A stretch of DNA of 64,000 nt from Phycisphaerales bacterium (GTDB lineage: Bacteria > Planctomycetota > Phycisphaerae > Phycisphaerales > UBA1924): positions 1,197 through 65,196 of the forward strand of contig JBGAOD010000002.1 in assembly GCA_044221955.1 (NCBI GenBank), written 5' to 3'. Below are positions 44,291 to 52,119 of this stretch, piece after piece; within the stretch, counting starts at the first letter, position 1; the number at the start of each line of letters is the position of its first letter. The notes beneath the pieces were generated by a model. That model had not been told where the DNA came from. It saw only the letters and a list, made by a program, of their open reading frames with translations, and ran no database searches. The translations under genes and the position numbers were made by a program.

Positions 44291-47257
44291 TTGATGGCGC
44301 GGTACATCGAGGGCGTCTGGGCGGCATCTCTCGCGGCGGTCGGGGCTGCGTGCCTGGGCGGAGCGGCGTCGATGTGGGACGAGGGCCCTACGCCCCCGGC
44401 GCATCCGGCGGTCAACCCGTCATTTGTGAACTGGGAGACCCCGCAGAGTCATCCCATCGACCGCACGCCCGACGGCAGCACGCTGCTGGTCACGAACACC
44501 TCCGACAACCGCATCGAGCTCTTTGATCTCGCGGCCGGCACTCCGAAAAACATCGGGTACGTGGCGGTCGGTCTTGACCCGGTCTCGGTTCGGCCGCGCA
44601 CGAACAACGAGGTGTGGGTTGTCAACCACATTTCGGACACGGTGAGCGTGGTGGACCTGACGACGCGGAATGTGATCCGCACGCTCGACACGCTCGACGA
44701 GCCGTGCGACGTGGTGTTTGCGGGCTCGCCGGCGCGGGCTTTCGTGACTTGCTCGCAGGCCAACACCGTGCGGGTGTTCAACCCGGCGGACCTTTCGGCC
44801 GCGCCCGTGGATATCGCGATCGACGGCGAGGACCCGCGGAGCCTGGCGGTGAGCCCGGACGGTTCGACGGTGTACGCCGCGATCTTTGAATCGGGGAACC
44901 GCTCGACCTTGCTGGGCGGCGGATCTTCTGGCGTGGGAACGGTGGCGTTCCCTCCCAACGCCGTGAGCGACCCGGCCGGACCCTACGGCGGCGTGAACCC
45001 GCCCCCCAACAGCGGCACGGCGTTCAGCCCGCCCATCGCCCCCGGGAACAACCCGCCTGTGAAGGTCGGGCTCATCGTTAAGAAGAACGACGCGAACCAG
45101 TGGATGGACGACAACGCGCACGACTGGACCTCGATGGTGTCGGGCGTGAACTCAGTGAAATCCGGCCGGAGCGCAGGCTGGGACATGCCCGACCGCGATC
45201 TGGCGGTGATCAACGCGAACACGCTGAGCGTTTCCTACGCGACGACGCTCATGAACATGTGCATGTCGGTGGGTGTGAATCCCGCGACCGGTGCGATCAC
45301 GGTGATCGGCACCGACGCGACCAACGAGGTCCGCTTTGAGCCGGTGGTGAAGGGAAAGTTCACGCGCGTGAACATGGCGACCGTCAACCCCGGCACGCTG
45401 GCGAAGACGGTGGTCGATCTCAACCCGCACCTTACCTATGCGACCGCTTCGATCCCCATGAGTGAACGGTTCAAGTCGATCGGCGACCCGCGCGCGATCG
45501 TGTGGAACGCGGCGGGGACCAAGGGGTACGTCGCGGGCATGGGGTCCAACAACGTGATCGTGATCAACCCCGCCGGCGCTCGCGCCGGTCTCAGCCCGAC
45601 GATCCCCGTGGGCGAAGGACCGACGGGCATCAGCCTGGACGAAGCGCGCGGGCAGATGTACGTGCTCAACCGGTTCTCCGGCACGGTGTCGGTGGTGAAC
45701 CTGGCGGCCGAGTCGCAGGTGGCGCTGGTGCCGTTCTACGACCCGACTCCCAGCGCGATCAAGGTCGGGCGTAAGCATCTTTATGACACGCACCTGAACT
45801 CCGGGCTGGGACAGATCGCGTGCGCTTCGTGCCACGTCGATGCGCGGATGGACCGCTTGGCGTGGGATCTGGGTGATCCCTCCGGGACGATCGCGCCGCT
45901 CACCGATTTGAATCTGGGCTTCGGGTTGCCCGGGCTTTCCGCCGGCACCACCAGCCCTGCGTTCGCGCCGTTCCATCCGATGAAGGGCCCGATGACGACG
46001 CAGACGTTGCAGGACATCGTGGGGCACGAGCCGCACCACTGGCGCGGAGATCGCTCGGGGCTCGAGGCGTTTGCGCCTGCGTTCGTGGGGCTTCAGGCCA
46101 AGGACTTTCAGCCCAACGCGGTCGAGCTGCAGGAGTTCGAGGATTTCCTCGCGACCATCACGTTCCCGCCCAACCCGTTCCGCACGATCAGCAACGGGCT
46201 GCCCACCAGCCTGCCGCTGCCCGGGCATTACACCACTGGGCGGTTCGGCGCGGCCGGCGTGCAACTCCCCAACGGCAACGCGGTCAACGGGCTCGCGATC
46301 TACCGCAGCGCTTCGCGGCGCGTTGACAACAACGCCTTCGCGTGCGTGACCTGCCACACACTGCCGACCGGCGGCGGCCCGGACATGAAGCTGGTGGGCA
46401 GCATCTACCAACCGATCGCGGTCGGGCCCAAGGGCGAGCACCACGTCGGCGTGGTCTCGGTGGACGGCTCGAACAACATCACGATCAAAGTGCCTCAGAC
46501 GCGCAACGCCTACGAAAAATCGGGGTGCAACTTCATCAAAACCTCGTCCAACGCCGGGTTCGGGTACGTGCATGACGGGTCCGTGGACTCTCTGGAGCGG
46601 TTCGTCGATGAGCCCGTGTTCAAGCTTAACAGCGACCAGGAAACGGCCGACATGGTCGCATTCCTGCTCGCGCTGAGCGGGTCGGACCTCCCGCAAGGCC
46701 TCCCCAACACACCGCTCGAACCGCCGGGTCCGTCCAGCCTTGACACTCACGCGGCCGTGGGCAAGCAGACCACGCTGGTGAGCCAGTCTTCGGCCTCGGC
46801 CGCGCAGCTCGCGCTGATCTCGACCTTCGTGAATCTCGCCGACTCTGGAAGGGTCGGGCTGGTGGTCAAGGGGGTTCAGGCGGGCGTGCAGCGCGGGTGG
46901 GCCTACGTGGGGGCGAACACGTTCCAGTCAGACCGCGCGGGGCAAACGGTCTCGGCCGCGGCGTTGCAGGCGTCGGCCGCGCCGGGGAGCGAGTTGACCT
47001 ACACCGTCGTTCCCAAGGGGACCGAGACGCGCATCGGCATCGACCACAACCTCAACGGTTGCCTCGACGCTGACGAGCGTGTGATCTGCGCGTGCCCGAG
47101 CGACTTCGACCAGAACGGCTTCGTCAACGGTGATGACTTCGACGGGTTCTCGCAGGCCTTCGAGCTCGGTTTCTCCACCGCCGACTTCAACGGCGACGGG
47201 TTCGTCAACGGCGACGACTTCGACGCGTTCGTTGATGCGTTCTATGCCGGGTGCTAG
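44291..47257 (+). CDS. secreted YVTN-type beta-propeller / two-CXXCH (cytochrome c peroxidase-like) protein with C-terminal GC-ending dockerin-like module
   Basis: Propeller-type units include 'DGSTLLVTNTSDNRIELFDL', 'EVWVVNHISDTVSVVDL', 'GYVAGMGSNNVIVINP' and 'MYVLNRFSGTVSVVNL'. Heme motifs are CASCH (45821-45835) and CVTCH (46343-46357). The C-terminus is 'DFDQNGFVNGDDFDGFSQAFELGFSTADFNGDGFVNGDDFDAFVDAFYAGC'. Confidence 0.8.
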   Translation: MMARYIEGVWAASLAAVGAACLGGAASMWDEGPTPPAHPAVNPSFVNWETPQSHPIDRTPDGSTLLVTNTSDNRIELFDLAAGTPKNIGYVAVGLDPVSVRPRTNNEVWVVNHISDTVSVVDLTTRNVIRTLDTLDEPCDVVFAGSPARAFVTCSQANTVRVFNPADLSAAPVDIAIDGEDPRSLAVSPDGSTVYAAIFESGNRSTLLGGGSSGVGTVAFPPNAVSDPAGPYGGVNPPPNSGTAFSPPIAPGNNPPVKVGLIVKKNDANQWMDDNAHDWTSMVSGVNSVKSGRSAGWDMPDRDLAVINANTLSVSYATTLMNMCMSVGVNPATGAITVIGTDATNEVRFEPVVKGKFTRVNMATVNPGTLAKTVVDLNPHLTYATASIPMSERFKSIGDPRAIVWNAAGTKGYVAGMGSNNVIVINPAGARAGLSPTIPVGEGPTGISLDEARGQMYVLNRFSGTVSVVNLAAESQVALVPFYDPTPSAIKVGRKHLYDTHLNSGLGQIACASCHVDARMDRLAWDLGDPSGTIAPLTDLNLGFGLPGLSAGTTSPAFAPFHPMKGPMTTQTLQDIVGHEPHHWRGDRSGLEAFAPAFVGLQAKDFQPNAVELQEFEDFLATITFPPNPFRTISNGLPTSLPLPGHYTTGRFGAAGVQLPNGNAVNGLAIYRSASRRVDNNAFACVTCHTLPTGGGPDMKLVGSIYQPIAVGPKGEHHVGVVSVDGSNNITIKVPQTRNAYEKSGCNFIKTSSNAGFGYVHDGSVDSLERFVDEPVFKLNSDQETADMVAFLLALSGSDLPQGLPNTPLEPPGPSSLDTHAAVGKQTTLVSQSSASAAQLALISTFVNLADSGRVGLVVKGVQAGVQRGWAYVGANTFQSDRAGQTVSAAALQASAAPGSELTYTVVPKGTETRIGIDHNLNGCLDADERVICACPSDFDQNGFVNGDDFDGFSQAFELGFSTADFNGDGFVNGDDFDAFVDAFYAGC

Positions 47258-47306
47258 GGCGGGCTGGCGCCTCGGCGGCGCGGGATCGGATGGGATCGAA
47301 GGGGGT

Positions 47307-49208
47307 TCAGCGTGTATTCTGTAGCGTGCTGGGCCCGGGCTTGCCCGGCCTTGGCGGGGCCGCCATCTCGATCTTGATCGTGCCATGGACGACACCGTCC
47401 CGGGGCGTGAAGCACTCGCTGGTCAGGAGCTCGAACCAGCGCAGGGCACGGAAGGAGTCGGGAAGCGTCGGAGCGCGCGAGGCGAGCGTCTGGAGAATGA
47501 GCGCGGGCCGGATGACGACGCGGGCGATGAGGGCGGGCTGGTCGGGCTTGCTTTCGCGTTCGAGCCGGCGCATGAGGTCGAGCCGTCCGACGGCGGTGTC
47601 ACGCGGGCCGGGGCCCAGGGCAACGCTGGTGAGCCACCACCCGGGGATCGGTTGCCCTCCTCCGAGCGCCGGGTCTTGTTGCGGAACGCACGCCCAGGCG
47701 ACGCTCGCGTCCGTGACGCTCTCCCCGCCCTCTTGCGGTTCGCTCCGCCTTTCGAGCGTGCGTGTCTTCCACGGTTCAAACCCGGAGAACTCAAGTTCCG
47801 AGATGGTCGCCGCTGCGAAACCCTGTCGGCCGGATGCCTTACCCTGACGGATCGCCCACGACACGAACTCATCGGCGTCGCGGGCGGTGGCGTCGATGTC
47901 GTCGGTGCAGACGGCGAGGCTGAGCGCGATCTGGGTCGGTGAGTCGGCCTCGAGCCCCTGCGCCTCGGGGTGAAGGGCGAACACGACGGTCGATCCGAGG
48001 TGCCCGAGCAGCGCGGGGGGCAACCCGGGCCAGAACATCGAGGTGAGTTGTTTGAGTTCGCGGGTGCCGTTCTCGCCCTCGAGCGGGAGCGTGCCCGCGT
48101 ACGACATCATCGCACCGCGTTCGATCTCCGCGGCCGCGCCCGGGAGCGGTGCCGCGTGGGCCGCGTCCCAGGTCGCGACGTTGGCGCTCGCGACGAACTC
48201 GGCGTCCCACCCGCTCGGCGAGGTGATAGCCGAGAACCCGCAGAAGTCGGAGGGGCCCGGCGTGTGCTTCTCGCCCGGGACAAGGCTCCCGAAGGCCTCC
48301 GAGCCATTGCACCAGACGAACAGGTCGCTGTTCCCCAGGTCTTTGGAGTGCTGCCACGGCTTGGTCTTCCCGATGGACTCGTTCGGCTCCTCCCCAGAGA
48401 GCACGGCCAGGAGTTCATCGAACAAGCGCGGATCGTCGGTCGGCGCGAGCAGGATCATTTCGTCGCTGGGCGACCCGGGCGGGGACAGGCGTCCGGGGCG
48501 CCCGGCCGTGGTGGCGAGCTCGTAGGCCCCGCGCTCGAGAGAAAGTATCGGCCGCCCGCGCTCGATGCTGCGCGGCGCGGGCGCGAGCCCCCGGCGGATT
48601 CGGCCTTCGATATTCGGAGAAACCTCGCTCATCAGCGCCCACCGGACCGGTTTGCCCTCCCCGGAGTGCGCGAAGACGAGCAGGGCCCGGCGTCCCAAGA
48701 GATCGTCGAATGCCTGCTCGGGCGAGACCTTGAGCGTGGCGGCGAGCTCGACCCACGCGCCCTGAGTTCGCTGCATCAACCGGGATTCCCGGATGAACTC
48801 CCAGAGTGACCGGCCCGGATTGGACACGCGGAGCTGTGCGGCGTGATCAACCGCGACTGCGAGCGTGACCGACGACGGGAGCCGCGCGATCAGTTCACGG
48901 GTGCTGGCGATGGGCGTGCGATCGACCGGCGCGGCTTCCACAGGCTGGGCGAGCACGGGGCGGGCCGGGTCCGCGCGGCCAAACGGCAGCGTCAGGGCGC
49001 TCGCCGTCAGCCCAAAGATTCTCGTGCGGGTACTCAGCAGCAAGATCCACCTTTGCACAAACGTCACAGGACGATCAGGACCTCTGTGGTTGCGAGGATT
49101 CGGGGGAGAGTAACCTCCCGCGCGCACATCAGCGTACCAAAGGACGCTCTGCGGCCGAGGATGATTGCAAAGAACCGCCTCGTACCGCTGGCTCACGGCG
49201 AAGAACAC
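47307..49208 (-). CDS. large hypothetical protein, last gene of the ECF sigma/anti-sigma cluster
   Basis: 633-aa ORF with non-shadow amino-acid composition and a possible leader 'WILLLSTRTRIFGLTASALTLPFG'. No family recognised. The start is uncertain (possibly GTG near 49058). Confidence 0.55.
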   Translation of the reverse strand: MFFAVSQRYEAVLCNHPRPQSVLWYADVRAGGYSPPNPRNHRGPDRPVTFVQRWILLLSTRTRIFGLTASALTLPFGRADPARPVLAQPVEAAPVDRTPIASTRELIARLPSSVTLAVAVDHAAQLRVSNPGRSLWEFIRESRLMQRTQGAWVELAATLKVSPEQAFDDLLGRRALLVFAHSGEGKPVRWALMSEVSPNIEGRIRRGLAPAPRSIERGRPILSLERGAYELATTAGRPGRLSPPGSPSDEMILLAPTDDPRLFDELLAVLSGEEPNESIGKTKPWQHSKDLGNSDLFVWCNGSEAFGSLVPGEKHTPGPSDFCGFSAITSPSGWDAEFVASANVATWDAAHAAPLPGAAAEIERGAMMSYAGTLPLEGENGTRELKQLTSMFWPGLPPALLGHLGSTVVFALHPEAQGLEADSPTQIALSLAVCTDDIDATARDADEFVSWAIRQGKASGRQGFAAATISELEFSGFEPWKTRTLERRSEPQEGGESVTDASVAWACVPQQDPALGGGQPIPGWWLTSVALGPGPRDTAVGRLDLMRRLERESKPDQPALIARVVIRPALILQTLASRAPTLPDSFRALRWFELLTSECFTPRDGVVHGTIKIEMAAPPRPGKPGPSTLQNTR

Positions 49209-49220
49209 GCCGGGAACGAT

Positions 49221-50228
49221 CTAACGCCGAGCCATCGCGTCGCCGGGGGTGTAGCCGGAGGTTGATTCGATCCACGCCTTGAGCCACCAGGAGCCCTGGG
49301 CCGCCGAACCTCGGGAGAGCGATTCGTCCTCCCGGAAGCGCAGTGCGCTGTCTGGTTCCCAGTCGCACCGCAGCACACGCACGTCGGGGACCGCCGACGC
49401 GAGGAGTCCCGCGTGGGCGCTCACGCCTTGCCAATCTTGTTTTCGCAGCGTTGCGCCCGTGCGCCCCGATCCGCTGGGAGAGCTGATCTCGCCGGCCGCC
49501 ACGGTGGTCCAGACACTCCGGGGTTCGCCGGACTTTCCGTTCATGGCCAGCTTTGGGGTCGCACGGTTGGTAGGTTTGGAGGTCTGCACGGAAGAACCGT
49601 CGGCGAGCCGGTTGGTCCCGAGCGGCGAAGCGACGGCCCGCACGACGCCCTTGGTCGCGTTCACGGCCGAGGCGAGCCCGTCGGCAGCGTCGTTCCGCCC
49701 CGCGTTCTCGAGGGTCGCGAGAGGCGTCGGGGACGCACCATCGAAGAAGATCGGATGAGCGCGCTCGGCCCAGATCGCGCCGCCGGCCGCCATCGCGAGG
49801 CTCGCGGCGAGCGCCGCCCGCACACCCCAGACCCGGAGGCGGGCCGAACGCAGCATGAAGCGGCGCTGACGGTCGACTTCGGCGAGGATCGGTTCGGTCC
49901 GATCCCTCAGCCCCGGAGTGGCTCGGAGCAGCTTGAGAGACTCGCGTGTTTCCTCGCACTCTGCCCGCAAGGTCGGGTCGCGCTGCAAGTGCCCGTTCAG
50001 GGCCGCCTTGCCAACCGCGTCGAGTTCGCCGTCGAAGTACTGATCGAGGAGGTCGCGCGGCGTGGTGCTCGCCGACTCGCGGGTAGCCCCGGACGCCGGG
50101 ATGTTCGTGCGTGCCGGGTAGCGGTTTTCGCTCTGGATGCGCGACACCATCGCGCGGATGTCCTCGGGGCTCAGTCGGCCTGGGACGTTCGTGCGTTCAT
50201 CGCCCGGGAAGCGGTTGGAGTGGTTCAC
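49221..50228 (-). CDS. anti-sigma factor (single TM, periplasmic C-terminal domain)
   Basis: The GTG start overlaps the sigma stop (GTGA). The N-terminal 'LLDQYFDGELDAVGKAALNGHLQRDPTLRAECEE' is an anti-sigma (zf-HC2-like, Cys-less) helix pair. TM 'ALAASLAMAAGGAIWA'. Confidence 0.65.
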   Translation of the reverse strand: MNHSNRFPGDERTNVPGRLSPEDIRAMVSRIQSENRYPARTNIPASGATRESASTTPRDLLDQYFDGELDAVGKAALNGHLQRDPTLRAECEETRESLKLLRATPGLRDRTEPILAEVDRQRRFMLRSARLRVWGVRAALAASLAMAAGGAIWAERAHPIFFDGASPTPLATLENAGRNDAADGLASAVNATKGVVRAVASPLGTNRLADGSSVQTSKPTNRATPKLAMNGKSGEPRSVWTTVAAGEISSPSGSGRTGATLRKQDWQGVSAHAGLLASAVPDVRVLRCDWEPDSALRFREDESLSRGSAAQGSWWLKAWIESTSGYTPGDAMARR

Positions 50229-50707
50229 GACAGAACCCCCTCGACCGTCTGGGCCGCGCTCTCGGTGTGGGTGAGGATCTCGCGCATCCGGCGCCGACCG
50301 CGGTGCAGGTGGCTTTTGACGGTCCCCTCGGGCATCTCGAGACTCTGCGCGATGAGCCAGATGGGCCAATTCTGCTGGTGAAAAAGGATGAGGATCTCGC
50401 GTTGCTCGATCGTGAGCATCGCGAGCCCCCGTTGGAGTTGGTCCTTGAGGATGCCGCCCGAATCGCGGTCGACCGCAAGGTCGTCGGGGGCGTCGCCTCC
50501 CGCGCCGGCGCGGCACTCCAGGGCCTCTGAGTTGTACGAGGGAGCGTGCTTCTGAACGCTGTTGAGATAGAGCCGGCGCGCGATCGTGAAAAGCCATGTT
50601 GAGAAACGGAACCGAGGGTCGAACCGTTCGAGGTTCGTGAGCACGCGAACGAAAGCGTCCTGCACGATGTCCTCGGCAACGTCCGGCCGCCCGGACATGC
50701 GGAGCAT
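50225..50707 (-). CDS. ECF (sigma-70 family, group IV) RNA polymerase sigma factor, apparently N-terminally truncated or frameshifted
   Basis: Region 2 'AEDIVQDAFVRVL...FSTWLFTIARRLYLN' and region 4 'LSIEQREILILFHQQNWPIWLIAQSLEMPEGTVKSHLHRGRRRM'. The conserved helix 'AGDREAAEVFIRAFQGQLFAY' is encoded in frame upstream of the first start codon. Confidence 0.8.
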   Translation of the reverse strand: MLRMSGRPDVAEDIVQDAFVRVLTNLERFDPRFRFSTWLFTIARRLYLNSVQKHAPSYNSEALECRAGAGGDAPDDLAVDRDSGGILKDQLQRGLAMLTIEQREILILFHQQNWPIWLIAQSLEMPEGTVKSHLHRGRRRMREILTHTESAAQTVEGVLS

Positions 50708-50939
50708 GTACGCGAAAAGCTGCCCCTGGAAGGCGCGGATGAAGACTTCCGCCGCCTCCCGGTCGCCCGCTGGCGGCCCGTCGGATCAGCCTCAGTTCTT
50801 CGAAAGTGCTTCATTCGCTTCTTACCCTGCCGTTCGCCGGTGCCCCAAGGGCTGTCGGGCGATCGTCGCGGTGATGCGAACGTCGCGGCCACCCGACCAG
50901 TGTACAGGAGGTATGCCCCGGCGGTTGCCTCAACACAAC

Positions 50940-51533
50940 TTAGGGTGCCGTCGGTGTTGATTTTCGGGCTTTGATAGCGCTATCAAGGATCGAGCGCACG
51001 GTCCGAATCGCCGCGGCCACGACCGGTACGGCCGCGGCGTCGGGCTGGGCGAGGCGGATGGCGGTTTCGCAGCGCTCGAAGTGCTTGCGTTCCGGGCCGC
51101 CGCCGTCGCGGACGGAGTTGGAGTCGAAGAAGTTGTCGTAGGTGTCCGCGAGCTTGATGAGCCGGACGCGCCAGTCGGCGGCGGCGAGGCGGGCCTCGTA
51201 CTCGGCCTCGCGCTGACGCTCGGGGAGCGCCATGTTCTTGGTGAGGGCGGCGACCATCTCGGCGATGTGAGTTCCGAACTGGTCGGCGATGTCGTCAAAG
51301 TCCGTGGTCGTGTCCTCGATGGTGTCGTGCAGGAGCGCGGCCGTCACAGCGGCGATGTCGTCGCACGCGAAGACGTGGCGCACGGTCATGGCCACGCGAT
51401 AGACGTGCGCGATGTACGGGGTCTTGCCGTCCTTGCGGAGCTGGTGACGATGGGCGCGAGCGGCGAAGCTGGCGGCGGCCTGGATGGCTGTGAAATCTGC
51501 GGCGGTCGATGGCTGGTGGCGCTCCGGGGTCAT
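50940..51533 (-). CDS. HD-domain (p)ppGpp hydrolase-like protein (small alarmone hydrolase, SpoT/Mesh1-type)
   Basis: 'AARAHRHQLRKDGKTPYIAHVYRVA', 'ALLHDTIEDT' and 'EMVAALTK' are the RelA/SpoT hydrolase HD motifs. At 197 aa there is no synthetase domain. Confidence 0.75.
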   Translation of the reverse strand: MTPERHQPSTAADFTAIQAAASFAARAHRHQLRKDGKTPYIAHVYRVAMTVRHVFACDDIAAVTAALLHDTIEDTTTDFDDIADQFGTHIAEMVAALTKNMALPERQREAEYEARLAAADWRVRLIKLADTYDNFFDSNSVRDGGGPERKHFERCETAIRLAQPDAAAVPVVAAAIRTVRSILDSAIKARKSTPTAP

Positions 51534-52042
51534 GTCCGACTATAGCCGGAGGCGTTGCCCGGATTGGACGCGGCGGGGCGGGTGGCGTGGTGGGCGTTGA
51601 GCCGCGTGTCGACCAGCTTCTGGAAGTCGTCGTGGAAGATCTTCATCGACGGTTTGTCGAGCATCTTCTGGAACGACGGCTCCTCGCGGATCTGCTCCAT
51701 GCGTTTCATCCAGCTCTCGAAGTAGTCGTCGGGGAGCTGGCCCATCTTGTGGCTGAACCAGACGATCTCAAAGACGCTGAGCTGCATGAGGTTCACGAAG
51801 TACGCGCGGACCTCCTCGGGAGAGTTCAGACCTTCCATGTCGTGCGAGTGGACGCTGCCGAGGCTTGGATCATCCACGCGCATCCGCCGCAGCGACATCT
51901 GCAGCTCGACGAGCTTGGTGAAGTTGGCGACGTGCTGGGCCCGGCGCGTGTTGCGGAATTGGATCGCGGCGTAGAGCAGCGAAGCCGCAATCGCGGTGCT
52001 GGAAATGAACTGAAGAAAGACCTGGATGGTTTGGAGTTGCAT
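51530..52042 (-). CDS. hypothetical N-terminally anchored membrane protein
   Basis: Internal Met of ORF 51530..52246. One TM 'FLQFISSTAIAASLLYAAIQF' is followed by a helical soluble part. By the track coordinates its stop overlaps the HD gene start by 4 nt. It looks somewhat less GC-rich than its neighbours by eye. Confidence 0.5.
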   Translation of the reverse strand: MQLQTIQVFLQFISSTAIAASLLYAAIQFRNTRRAQHVANFTKLVELQMSLRRMRVDDPSLGSVHSHDMEGLNSPEEVRAYFVNLMQLSVFEIVWFSHKMGQLPDDYFESWMKRMEQIREEPSFQKMLDKPSMKIFHDDFQKLVDTRLNAHHATRPAASNPGNASGYSRT

Positions 52043-52119
52043 AGGAGGTAGCGAGGGAGTGGCGAATGGCGAGTGGCGAGTGGGGCGGACGTGCCTCGGC
52101 ACGCTCGGTTGGTTTGAGC

